Source of the DNA: Mobula hypostoma
Taxonomy: Eukaryota
Length of the DNA stretch: 64,000 nt
Direction of reading: 5' to 3'
Assembly (NCBI RefSeq): GCF_963921235.1
Contig: NC_086097.1
Coordinates: forward strand, 57,662,001 to 57,726,000
Under the pieces are notes generated by a model that was not told where the DNA came from, did not search any database, and worked only from the letters and a program-made list of their open reading frames with translations. Position numbers and translations under genes: made by a program. Below are positions 38,071 through 50,590 of the stretch, piece after piece (position 1 is the stretch's first letter; each line of letters opens with the position of its first letter).

Positions 38071-39526
38071 TTCCCATCACCAGCAGAGCACTAAGCCTGG
38101 TAGCAGAGTAAGTGTTGTACAAATTAGTATGCTATCCCCAGTCAATTCCTAATCACCACACAGCCTTCTCTGATGCCATCTCACACCAGACATCTGTAAC
38201 TAAAACCTTAAAATTAACCTAGATTAAACACAAATGCCAATCAAGTCATTGTGAGCAGAGCATCATCAAAGATTATGACAAATTCATAACCAATCTGCAA
38301 ACCTAATTTGTCTCATGTAAATTGAAGTGGAGATTTGTAAGACATATTAAGAGCAGGACAGAGTGATATCGCCCATTATTTTTTTTTAAATGGCTCAATA
38401 CATTTACAGCCAAAGGTGGATTTGAGGTGCATCTGGTGCATTGTGGCCAAGATGCCCATTTCTCCTTCAAATCCTCTGTTGAAATTAATGAGGCATGGGC
38501 AGCAGGAACATGAAGTGCTCCTTGAAGCCATAGTCATAGGGATTGTAATGGATAGGTACTTGCAGGTTACATTTTGACATTGTACTGAGTATCTCAACCA
38601 GCGAGAGAGATGTGATATGTAACAGCATTGAAACCATTGCTTTGGGTTGACTTTAAGGTTTTAATGACCGTCTGCATAATCAAGCTGAGCTGCCTATCAG
38701 AGTTGTTCCAATTAATAAACATTGCAAAATTTCCTTTCACGCCAACTCAAGTCTCAGAGGCCCTATTGTTGTTGTTGCTTTTCACACCTTGTGGCACATC
38801 AGGCAGGACTTTTGCCAGTTAACTGTTTTTTTACAAGGCTGAGTTCAAACCAGCATGGATGGAAAACGTGCAAGTGGCCGGCCATATTTGAACTCAGGAC
38901 CATTTGCCTCAAAGTCCGATGCTGATGCCACTGCACCGCCAGCCGGCACTATGAGAGGGCCTATTGGTGCACTGCAGGAAGCCTGAGAACTTGGTGCCAT
39001 ACTCCTATAAATGATTGAAGACTACCAGCAATATTAGAAACTGAAACCTTATCCCAGGACCCAGCAAATGTTATTTTAGCATTTGATGCAAAAGGTAAGG
39101 CTCGGATCCATCTCAATTATATCCACGTTGTGAAGGTAAAGTGGCGGATTAAGGACACCCACACATAAAGATTATCTTCAAGTTCAAACAATTAGCCACA
39201 TTGTAACTCTGTGCCCTAAGCACTGCAGTGAGGGGAATATTTGAGGTGATCCTGATTATGTCTTTACCAGAAGCATTTTCAGCAGGATGACCATAGATGA
39301 TTAGTTCATTCTCAGGATCGAGAATCATGATTCTTCCAGAAGTTGAGGTCAGCTTTAATATCTCAGAAGTGGGATCAGATAACTCAGCACTCACTGATGA
39401 TTAAGCAGAAATATTCCTAGAATTAACAGTACAAACACACAATGAACAAAGTCTTTACCAACTGAGTCATTGGAAAAATGTTTTTATTTTAACTGCGACG
39501 GTAATACTAGTTGGAATGGCAGTTAC

Positions 39527-40135
39527 ATAAGAAATAGGAGCAGGAGTAGGCCATCTGGCCCGTTGAGCCTGCCCCACCATTCAATAAGATCATGGCTGAT
39601 CTGGCCATGGACTCACCTCCACCTACTTGCCTTTTCCCTATAACCCTTAATTCCCCTACTATGCAAAAATCTATCCAACCTTGTCCTAAATATATTTACT
39701 GAGATAGCCCCCACTCCTTCACTGGGCAGAGAATTCCACAGATTTTCACCACCATTTGGGAAAATCAGTTCCTCCTCATCTCCATCCTAAATCTACTCCC
39801 CCAAATCTTGAGGCTATATCCCCTAGTTTTAGTCTCACCTACCAATGGAAACAACTTTCCTGCCTCTACCTTATCTAAACTTTCATAATTTTATATGTTT
39901 CTCTAAGATCTCCTCTCATTCTTCTGAATTCCAGTGAGTACAGTCCCAGGCGACTCAATCTCTCCTCATAGACTAACTACCTCATCTCTGGAATTAACCT
40001 AGTGAGCCTCCTCTGCACTGCCTCCAAAGCCAGTATATCCTTCCTCAAGTAGGAGACCAGAACTGCACACAGTACTCCAGGTGCAGCCTCACCAGTGCCC
40101 TGTATAGTTGCAGCATAACCTCCCTGCTCTTAAGC
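39527..40135 (-). mobile_element. CR1 LINE 3' end
   Basis: Begins CATAAGAAATAGGAGCAGGAGTAGGCC (reversed CR1 tail); reverse frame [12 protein letters not shown]. Confidence 0.9.
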
Positions 40136-40419
40136 CTGCATGCTTTATAAAATTATAGCATAATTAGCTCCTGGGTGTTTGAAATCTCCCTAAGTACAAA
40201 AACACTGCTTTTTTGAAGTATTATTGATGACATCCATCGTCCGCCATCGTGGACCTCAATGAACAATGTACTATTCATAATATTTAAAGTGAATACTGGT
40301 ATATACAAATGGAGTACGTAATTAATTTATAAAATACAGATTCATTGCTATGTTCTGTTATGAATTTAATGCTAGCTGTGTGTCAACCTAAACAGGTTTT
40401 ACTTCAACCTTGTAAATCC

Positions 40420-40860
40420 CTGGGGTGCATCCAGGTGAGAGACAAGCTGATGCTCCTAAGTTAGGGTTGAAGGGAACAAAATCCTCTTGATCGGCAAGGA
40501 AGGATGAAGGAAATCTGAGCTCTGTGGAGCCCTCTTCCTTGGAACACAGCTTTGTCATAACCAACATGTTACTTCAACAGAGAGCACTCATGATATCATC
40601 TGTTATTCAGGGATTGGACACTTACCATCCAAGGGTGTCCACAAAACTTAGACCATAATGAATACTGATCACCTAATCTCCGCTGTTATCTCCATTAGCC
40701 AGTCTCCAAAACAATGTTAGCAATGGAAGCATTGGTGCAAGGAAATGATAATCTAGGGTCTTAAGAACACACAAAGAAAGCTTCCCACAGACGACTCCCA
40801 ACAGAAGTTATAGATTGCCCACAATGCCTGCAGAGCAGTGGAGTCCAGCTTAATGATCAC
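40420..40860 (+). mobile_element. RTE-clade LINE endonuclease remnant
   Basis: DKLMLL, LEHSFVITNMLLQQR and NTDH-like motifs. Confidence 0.55.
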
Positions 40861-41089
40861 ATGTAAGGAAATCTAGATCCTAATGAAGGGTCTCGGCCCA
40901 AACTGTCAACTGTTTATTTCCATAGATGCTGCCTGACCTGATGCAGTCCTCCTGCATTTGTGCGTGTATATTTATATAAAGTAAAGCTAGCAACAGGAGT
41001 GTCTGTACATAAGGTGACCGACAGGAAATAATAAAGAAAATAGAAATCTACAGCACATTACAGGCCCTTCAGCCCAAAAGTAGTAGTGT

Positions 41090-41770
41090 TGCAGGATGTG
41101 GAGGGGTAGGTTAGTGGGTGGAATTACTGATCACTCTTACTGCCTGGGGAAAGATACTATTTTTTGAGTCTTGTGGTCCTAGTGTGGATACCACATAGCC
41201 TCCTCCCTAATGGGACGGAGACAACTGTCCATGAGAAGGATGGGTGGGATCCTTCATGATATTACTGGCCTTTTTCCGGCACCTTTCTGTATTTATGTCC
41301 TTAATGATGAGTAGACTTGTGCCTGTGATGTGTTGGGCAGTTTTGACTACCTTTTGTAAAGACTTCCCATCTGCTGCTGTGCAGTTTACGTCCCCTACAG
41401 TGATGTATCATGTTAGGATGCTCTCTACTGCGTATCTGTAGAAGGTTGTGAGTTTTGATCAGAATCAGAATCAGGCTTAATATCACTGGCATATTGTATC
41501 ATTTCTCAATGCATGCATTACTAAATGACAATAAAAGAGGACTGTGTGTCTTCATATGCCGTGAAATTTGTTGTTATGCAGCAGCAGTACAATGCAATTC
41601 ATAATAATAAAAACTGTGAATTACAGTAAGAAGTTTATACAGTATATTAAAGTTAAGTAAACTAAGTAATGAATAAAAGTAGTGAGGTAGTATCCATGGG
41701 TTCAATATCCATTCAGAGATCAGATGGCAGAGGTGTAGAAGTTGTTCCTGAATCACTGAGTGTGTGAACA
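41090..41770 (-). mobile_element. Two L2/Rex 3' fragments
   Basis: Reverse frames (SILTW.ITV, ASNIMKDPTHP); (TCAGAA)n tail at about 41459-41473. Confidence 0.75.
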
Positions 41771-41880
41771 GAGTCATCCTGTTGAGCTGAATGCCAAGTC
41801 GGGCATGTTGTTGTTTAACCATGTTTCGGTGAAAACCGGAATGCAGCAGTTTCTCATCTCTTTCTATGTGTTCATTGTCA

Positions 41881-42500
41881 GACCTCCAAGGTAGTGATCT
41901 CTGGATTACTCCCAGTGCCACGTGCTAATCAGGGCAGGAAAGGGATGATACTACAGATGAACGAGTGACTGAGAAACTGGTGCAGGTGGCAGGGTCTCAA
42001 ATTTCTGGATCATTGGGACCTCTTCTGGGGAAAGTATGACCTGTAAAAAAAAAGGACAGGTTACACCTGAACCTGAGGGGGAACCAATAATTATTTTTAT
42101 TTTTCATTTTGCAATATGGCATGGAGTGGGCCCTTCCAGCTACATTGCCCTAGCAAGGCCCAGCAAACCTGATTAACCCGTAACCCGAATCTAATCACAG
42201 GACACTTTACAATGACCAATTAACTAAACGGGTAAGTCTTTGGACTATGGGAGGAAACGGGAGGATCTGAAGAAAACCTAGACAATCCATGAGGAGGACG
42301 TACAGAGCCAGAATTGAACTACAAACTCTGGAATGCCCCAAGCTGTAATAGTGATGTTCTAACCTCTATGCTACTGTGGCACCCTATATCCTTGTGGGCA
42401 GGTTTGCTGAAGCTGTAGGGGAGGGTTTAAACTAAGTTGACAGGGGGATGGAAACCGGAGTGATAGAGCTTAAAATGGAACAGTTGGTATACAAATCCAT
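41881..42500 (+). pseudogene. CR1 ORF1 SGNH-esterase C-terminus, interrupted by a SINE
   Basis: TSKVVISGLLPVPRA...NWCRWQGLKFLDHWDLFWGKYDL*KKDRLHLN.RGTN, resuming ILVGRFAEAVGEGLN* after the SINE. Confidence 0.85.
42090..42384 (-). mobile_element. tRNA-derived V-type SINE
   Basis: Same family as 29885-30142 (CACAGGACA..TTACAATGA.CAATT, GTCTTTGGAC...GAGGAAAC). Confidence 0.8.
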
Positions 42501-42507
42501 GCAGTGT

Positions 42508-45262
42508 GCAGAGATATGGCTCCAGGGTGACCAAGGATGGGAGCTCAGCATTCAGGGATATTCAATATTCAGGAGGGATAGACATGAAAGAAAAGGAGGT
42601 GGGGTAGCATTGCTGGTTAGAGAGGAGATTAATGCAATAGAAAGGAAGGACATTAGCCGGGAGAAAACGCTGGTGGGAGTTGTGTACAGGCCACCTAACA
42701 GTAGTAGTGAGGTTGGGGATGGTATTAAATGGGAAATTAGAAACGCGTGCAATAAAGGAACAGCAGTTATAATGGGTGACTTCAATCTACATATAGATTG
42801 GGTGAACCAAATTGGTAAGGGTGCTGAGGAAGAGGATTTCTTGGAATGTATGCAGGATGGTTTTTTTGAACCAACATGTCGAAGAACCAACTAGAGAGCA
42901 GGCTATTTTAGACTGGGTATTGAGCAATGAGGAAGGGTTAATTAGCAATCTTGTCGTGAGAGGCCCCTTGGGTAAGAGTGACCATAAAATGGTGGAATTC
43001 TTCATTAAGATGGAGAGTGACATATTTAATTCAGAAACAAAAGTCCTGAACTTAAAGAAGGGTAACTTTGAAGGTATGAGACGTGAATTAGCTAAGATAG
43101 ACTGGCAAATGACACTTAAAGGGTTGATAGTGGATATGCAATGGCAAGCATTTAAAGATTGCATGGATGAAGTACAACAATTGTTCATCCCAGTTTGACA
43201 AAAGAATAAATCAGGGAAGTTAGTGCACCCGTGGCTGACAAGAGAAATTAGGGGTAGTATCAATTCCAAAGAAGAAGCATACAAATTAGCCAGAAAAAGT
43301 GGCTCACCTGAGGACTGGGAGAAATTCAGAGTCCAGCAGAGGAGGACAAAGGGCTTAATTAGGAAAGGGAAAAAAGATTATGAGAGAAAACTGGCAGGGA
43401 ACATAAAAACTGACTGTAAAAGCTTTTATAGATATGTGAAAAGAAAAAGATTGGTTAAGACAAATGTAGGTCCCCTACAGACAGAAATAGGTGAATTGAT
43501 TATTGGGAGCAAGGACATGGCAGACCAATTGAATAACTACTTTGGTCTGTCTTCGCTAAGGAGGACATAAATAATCTTCTGGAAATAGTAGGGGACAGAG
43601 GGTCCAGTGAGATGGAAGAACTGAGGGAAATACATGTTAGTAGGGAAGTGGTGTTAGGTAAATTGAAGGGACTAAAGGCAGATAAATCCCCAGGGCCAGG
43701 TGGTCTGCATCCCAGAGTGCTTAAGGAAGTAGCCCAAGAAATAGTGGATGCATTAGTGATAATTTTTCAAAACTCTTTAGATTCTGGACTAGTTCCTGAG
43801 GATTGGAGGGTGGCTAATGTAACCCCACTTTTTAAAAAAGGAGGGAGAGAGAAACCAGGGAATTATAGACTGGTTAGCCTAACATCAGTGGTGGGGAAAA
43901 TGCTAGAGTCAGTTATCAAAGATATGATAACAGCACATTTGGAAAGCGGTGAAATCATCGGACAAAGTCAGCATGGATTTGTGAAAGGAAAATCATGTCT
44001 GACGAATCTCATTGAATTTTTTGAGGATGTAACTAGTAGAGTGGATAGGAGAGAACCAGTGGATGTGGTGTATTTGGATTTTCAAAAGGCTTTTGACAAG
44101 GTCCCACACAGGAGATTAGTGTGCAAACTTAAAACACACGGTGTTGGGGGATAAGGTATTGATGTGGATAGAGAATTGGTTGGCAGACGGGAAGCAAAGA
44201 GTGGGAATAAATGGGACTTTTTCAGAATGGCAGGCAGTGACTAGTGGGGTACCACAAGGCTCAGTGCTGGGACCCCAGTTGTTCACAATATATATTAATG
44301 ATTTAGATGAGGGAATTAAATGCAGCATCTCCAAGTTTGCGGATGACACGAAGCTGGGCGGCAGTGTTCGCTGTGAGGAGGATGCTAAGAGGATGCAGGG
44401 TGACTTGGATAGGTTGGGTGAGTGGGCAAATTCATGGCAGATGCAATTTAATGTGGATAAATGTGAGGTTATTCACTTTGGTAGCAAAAACAGGAAAACA
44501 GATTGTTATCTGAATTGTGGCCGATTAGGAAAAGGGGAGGTGCAACGAGACCTGGGTGTCATTATACACCAGTCATTGAAAGTGGGCATGCAGGTACAGC
44601 AGGCGGTGAAAAAGGTGAATGGTATGCTGGCATCATAGCAAGAGGATTCGAGTACAGGAGCAGGGAGGTACTACTGCAGTTGTACAAGGCCTTGGTGAGA
44701 CCACACCTGGAGTATTGTGTGCAGTTTTGGTCCCCTAATCTGAGGAAAGACATCCTTGCCATAGAGCGAGTACAAAGAAGGTTCACCAGATTGATTCCTG
44801 GGATGGCAGGACTTTCATATGGTGAAAGACTGGATGAACTAGGCTTATACTCGTTGGGATTTAGAAGATTGAGGGGGGATCTTATTGAAACGTATAAAAT
44901 CCTAAAGGGATTGGACAGGCTAGATGCAGGAAGATTGTTCCCGATGTTGGGGAAGTCTGGAACGAGGAGTCACAGTTTGAGGATAAAGTGGAAGCCTTTT
45001 AGGACCGAGATTAGGAAAAACTTCTTCACACAGACAGTGGTGAATCTGTGGAATTCTCTGCCACAGGAAACAGTTGAGGCCAGTTCATTGGCTATATTTA
45101 AGAGGGAGTTGGATATGGCCCTTGTGGCTAAGGGGATCAGGGGGTATGGAGGGAAGGCTGGTACAGGGTTCTGAGTTGGATGATCAGCCATGATCATACT
45201 GAATGGCGGTGCAGGCTCGAAGGGCCGAATGGCCTACTCCTGCACCTATTTTCTATGTTTCT
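42508..45262 (+). mobile_element. Young CR1 LINE, near-complete ORF2 (APE endonuclease + RT) with a few lesions
   Basis: Consecutive ORFs 42448-45174: [84 protein letters not shown]. Tail TTTCTATGTTTCT. About 4 frameshifts, one stop and one deletion. Confidence 0.97.
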
Positions 45263-45720
45263 GTACAGTTACAAACAGTGCAACAATACCATAACGACGA
45301 AGAAGTCCATGAGCACAGTAAAGTTCAAAGTTTCTCAAATGTCCCACATCTCACGCAGACAGGAGAAGGAAGAAAAACTCTCCCTGCCATGCCGACCACA
45401 ATCCGACTCTGAATCGTCCGAAAACTTCGAGCTCTGATCAGCTGTCCGACACCGAGTACTGAGCGCCATCTCTGTCCAAACAATTTGACCTCCTTCTTGG
45501 TCGCCAAAAGCAGGCAAGGCCAGGGATTTTGAGGCCTACCCTCAGAAAGATTCCCAACCACACAGTAATGACAGCAGCAAACGGGCGTTTCAGAAATTTC
45601 TCCAGATGTTCCTCTGTGCTTTCATGTCCATTCTCCATCAAATCAGAATTGTCCATGGCCCCTATTTAACAGATATGATATCATTTTTCGCCGGAGGGCT
45701 GCACACATGCAGGCACGCCA
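45263..45720 (-). mobile_element. Non-autonomous element, same family as 56980-57637
   Basis: Reverse complement shares TTCTGATTTGATGGAGA, GAGGAACATCT.GAGAAA.TTCTGAAA and GTCTGCGTGAGATG...GGGACATT.GAGA.ACTTTGA. Confidence 0.8.
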
Positions 45721-45739
45721 CCATCTTCTCCTCCCACCT

Positions 45740-48428
45740 CCTGAGTTCTGTGTAATGAAATAAATTTGATTAAGATGCTTAAAGCTAATAGGAACCTTTC
45801 GAAGGAAGTGATCATAATATGATAGAATTCACCCTGAGGTTGAGAGGGAGAGGATTAAATAAGATGTACCAGTCAGAAATAAAGTCAGCTGACGATGGAG
45901 TAAAGGTAACTTCAGGGGCATGAGAGAAGAGTTCGTCAAAGTTGATTGGAAGGGAACACCAGCAGGGATGACGGCGGAACAGAAATGGCTAGAGTATGTG
46001 GCGACAATTTGGAAGGTGCAAGATAAATATATCCCAAAGATACAGAAGTATTCAAAAGAAAGGATGAGAAAACCATGGCTGACAATGGAAATCAAAGACA
46101 GGATAAAAACAAAAGAGAGAGTATATAATAGAGCAGCAATTAGTGGGAAGTTAGAGGATGGTAAAGATTTTAAAAACCAACAAAACGTAACTAAAAAAAA
46201 GGGATAGAAAGGATGAAATATGAAGGTAAGCTAGCCAAAATTATCAAGAATATACCAAATGTTTTTTTTCAGGTATATAAAGAGTAAAAGAGAGGTGAAA
46301 GCAGATACCGGACCACTGTAAAGAGGAAGTAATGCGAGACAAAGAGATGGTGGACAAACTTAGTAAGTATTTTGCATGTCTTTGCTGCTGAAGACATGAG
46401 TAGTTTGCCAGAAATTCGAGAGCATGGGGGTTCAGAATAAGTGTAGTTGCTATTACCAAGGAGAAGGTGCTTGGAAAGCTGAAAGGTCTGAAGGTAGATA
46501 AGTCACCTGGACCAGAAGAACTACACACAAAGGTTCTGAAAGTGACACCTGAAGAGACTGTGGAGGCTTCAATAATGAACTTCAAGAAACACTAGATTCT
46601 GGAATAGTTCCCGAGGACTGCAAAATTACAAATGTCACTCCATTCTTTAAGAAAGGAGGCAGAAGAAAGGAAATTATAGGCTAGTTAGCCTGACTTTAGT
46701 GGTTGGGAAGATGTTGGAATTCATTATTAAGGATGAGGTTTTGGGGCACTTGGAGGATAAAGTAAGCCAAAGTCAACATGATTTCCTTAAGGGGAGGACA
46801 AAGGACAGTCAGTGGATGTTGTTTACTTGGATTTTCAGAAGGCGTTTGACAAGATGGGCTGTACATGAAACTACTTAAAGGTAAGGTACTAGTATGGATA
46901 GAAGATTGGCTGATTGGCAGAAGGCAAAGAGTCAAAATAAAGGGGACCTGTTGTAGCTGGAAGCAGCTGATAAGTGGTATTTCACAGAAGATGGAGCTGG
47001 GTCCACTTCTTTTCATGTTATATATCCAAGCTTGCAGATGATACGAAGATAGGTGGAGGGACAGGGAGTCTGCAGAAGGACTAGGACAAAGTGGGAGAAT
47101 GGGCAAAGAAGTGGCAGATGGAATATGGTTGAATTGAATTAAATTGACTTTATCACTTACATCCTTCATATACAGTACAAGAGGAGTAAAAATCTTTACT
47201 TTGTGTGTCTGTCTAAATGTGCAATGTGCAATTTATAGTAATTTATAATAAATAGTATGTACAACAGAATAGTCAATATAACATAGAAATACGGTTGTGA
47301 CTGCATGAATTATTCAGTCGGATGGCCTGGTGGAAGAAGCCTTTTGGTCCTGGCTTTTATGCTGTGGTACCGCTTCCTAGATGATAGCAGCTGGAACAGT
47401 ATGTGGTTGGGGTGGCTTGGGTCCCCAATGATCCTCAGGCCTTTATTACACACCTGTCTTTGTAAATGTCCTGAATAGTGGGAAGTTCACATCTACAGAT
47501 GTGCTGGGCTGTCCGAACCACTCTCTGCTGGGCCCTGTGATTGAGAGAAGTACAGTTCCCATACCAGGCGGTGATGCAGCCAGTCAGGATGCTCTCAATT
47601 GTGCCCCTGTAGTGTAGGGATGTGTGTGATAATGCACTTTGGTAGAAGGAATAAAGGCATAGACTATTTTCTGATAGGGAAAAAATTCAAAAATCATGGC
47701 TGCAAAGGGACTTGGAAGTCCTTGTGTAGGATTCCCTGAAGGTTAACATTCAGGTTGTGTTGGTGGTAAGGAAGGCAAATGCAATGTTAGCATTCATTTC
47801 AAGAGGACTAGAATATAAGAGCTAGGAGGTAATGCTGGGACTTTATAAGTCATTGGTCAGACCGCAATTGGAATATTGTGAGCAGTTTTGGTCCCCATAT
47901 CTATGATAAAATGTGCTGGCATTGGAGCAGGCGCAGAGGAGGTTCGTGAGAATGATTCTGGGAATGAAAGGGTTAATGTTTAACAAGTATTTGGTGCCTC
48001 TGGGCCTGGACAAGAGTTTAGAAGAATGATGGGAGAACTCATTGAAACCTATTGAATATAGAAAGGCATAGACAGAGTGGATGTGGAGAGGATATTTCCT
48101 ATAGTGGGTGAGTCTAGGACCAGAAGGCACGGCCTCAATATAGAGGGACGTTCATTTGGAACAGAGATGAGGAGGAACTTCTGTAGCCAGAGGATGGTGA
48201 ATCTGTGGGATTCATTTCCATGGACTGCTGTGTAGGCCAGGTCATTGAGTATAGTTAATGCTGTAATTGATAGGTTCTTGTTTAGTCAGGGCATCAAAGG
48301 TTATGGGGAGAAGGCAGGAGAATGGGGTTGAGAAGGATAATGGATCAGCCATTTTGGAATGATGGAGTAAGCTCAATGCACCAGGTGGGCTAATTCTTCT
48401 TCTATGTCTTATTGTCTTATGGTCTTAT
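45740..48428 (+). mobile_element. Older CR1 ORF2 with nested L2 insertion
   Basis: MREEFVKVDW, VYLDFQKAFDK, ADDTKIGG, RPQLEYCEQFWSP; (TCTTATGG)n tail at about 48405-48428. Confidence 0.9.
47129..47610 (-). mobile_element. L2/Rex LINE 3' end
   Basis: (TTGAA)n tail and reversed CELPTIQDIYKDRC. Close paralogue of 62139-62540. Confidence 0.9.
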
Positions 48429-48429
48429 C

Positions 48430-50049
48430 AAGAAAATTTGTATATTTATGACACCATGCTGCTCAATTAGGATAGGAGGCTCTCATGCAGTTGTGTGGCT
48501 ATTAGAATCTGCACTGTGCTTTGAGTGAAGGGTTTTTATAGCAGTTGCTGCATGTATTTGTGTTCAATTATCAGTGATTTTTGTCGCTAATAGTCAGCGA
48601 GGAATAAGGAGTAAGAGAATTCATAACTGTTTTGCTCACTGTAGTTTCAAGCATTCAGGTTTGGAAATCCAGAACTACTGGTAGTGAAAATGAAATAATT
48701 TCACTACTTCAACAAATTAGGAACTATGAAAAATTTGAAGGTATCAACAATCATCTTCGATTTACAATGAAAATGAAGATTTGGAGGACACAATCATTGA
48801 AAGCATTGTATGCATTGCATCAATCAAAGATGGTGATGAATCAGCATTTAGGAGAGAGATTGAGTGATGCTTCAGCAACAACTTCTGATTCAATGTTTGC
48901 AACACCAAGGAACTGATTATTGACTTCAGGAGCAGGAAAGCAGAGGTTCGTGAGCCAATCCTCATCAGAGGATTAGAGATGCAGAGGGTCAGCAGTTTTA
49001 AATTCCTTGGTGGTATCATTTTGGAAGATCTGTCCTTGGTCCAGCACATAAGTGCAATTATGATGAAAGTATGACAGTGCCCCTATTTCCTTAGGAGTTT
49101 GCAAACATTTTGAATGACATCTAAAACTTTGACAGACCTCTGTAGATGCATGGTGGAGAGTATATTGACTGCACCAATACCCTTGAACGGAAGATCCTAC
49201 AAAAGGTAGTGGATAGAGCCATTATGGGTAAAGCTCTCCCCACCATTGAGTACATCTACACGGAGTATTGTCACAGGATAGCAGCATCCAACATTATGGA
49301 CCCCTACAACACAGGTCATGTTCTCTTCTTGCTTCTATCAGGAAAGAGGTACCGGAGCCTCAGGACTCACAGCACCCAGCGTCAGGAGCAGTTATTACCC
49401 CTCAACCAACAGGTTCTTGATCCAAGGAGCTAACTTCACTCAACTTCACTTGCCCCGTCATTGAATTGTTGCCACAACCTATGAACTCACTTTCAAGGAC
49501 TCTTCATCTCATGTTCTTGATATGTATTGCTTATTTGTTTATTATTATTTTTTCTTATTATATTTGCACAGTTTGTTGTCTTTTGCACACTGGTTGAATG
49601 TCCAAGTTGATGTGATGTTTCATTTATTCTATTATGATTGTTACTCTATTATGGATTTATTGAGTATGCCTACAAGAAAATGAATCTCAGGGTTGTATAA
49701 GGTGACATATATGTATGTTAATAATAAATTTACTTTGAACTTTTAAGGTAGTCCATTAACTACATGAGATGTCTGCTGATTTTGTTCATCTACAGTCAAT
49801 TAAAAAATACAGCAGCATACATTGGATGAAATCCTCCTTCATTAACTGTTAGGAACTAAAACATAGTTTTATACTACCGTAGTAGTATAAGCAGTGTTCC
49901 AATACATTCTGTACTTCAGTTGAATGTTAGTTTGTCTTTTTTATACCTTCCTAACTATTTCCATGAAAATTTAGCTAATTAGAGCAGCCACTTAATTCGG
50001 CCAAAATGTACTGGTCCCGATGTGTCCCAATTAAATAGAATCCACTGTA
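48430..50049 (+). mobile_element. Tigger/pogo-like element split by an L2/Rex LINE (48820-49745)
   Basis: ORF 48632-48916. Right TIR CCCAATTAAATAGAATCCACTG|TA. The insert has KELIIDFRSRK, FKFLG, LQKVVDRA. Confidence 0.8.
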
Positions 50050-50129
50050 TTCAGAATTAAATGCTGGACATAGAACAAGATATTGTCAGGGATCTTCTTA
50101 ACTAACTGTTTTCTCTAAATGTCTAGCAG

Positions 50130-50590
50130 TAGAGAAGAACGTGTGTTGAAGCTTGAGGTCTACTTCCTGCCTGGAGAAGGGGCCTAGATTGCTGGGGTGC
50201 CTAAAGATATCACAAATGCTGTCTTTGCAAAAATCATCCAGGTCCATGAGCAAAGTAAGTGAACCGATGTCAACATGCTCTTTGCAGTACTGAGGACCTA
50301 ATTCTAGTCAGTTGGCTCGAATGGACTGTCTACTAATTCACATGGCAGATGGCAAGTTCCTAGAATAGACCTTGTACTGCAACCTCTGTCACAGCAAGTG
50401 ATTACCAGGTATATAATGGGGATGATCAAGGAGTCACCTTATACAAGTGTAACAGCCCCACTGTCTCAGCAAATCTCTGATCACCAGCCAGTCAAGATGG
50501 AGAAGAAACATTGGGATGGCATTGAGAACCAGAACTAGAGGCAGATTGTCCTCAACCACGAGGTACTGCTGAAGAAGACGACTCAACACT
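50130..50590 (+). mobile_element. RTE-clade LINE 3' remnant
   Basis: Frameshifted CLCK.IIQVH, IHMADGKFLE*TLYCNLCHSK*LPG, RWRRNIG resemble the RTE ORF C-terminus (CLRKILQIHW...QLRW.GH..RM...R.PK..LY.EL..GKR). Confidence 0.65.

Noticed and set aside
41683..41692. let-7-like TGAGGTAGTA
   Set aside because: Only 10 nt match, inside an L2 tail, with no precursor hairpin.
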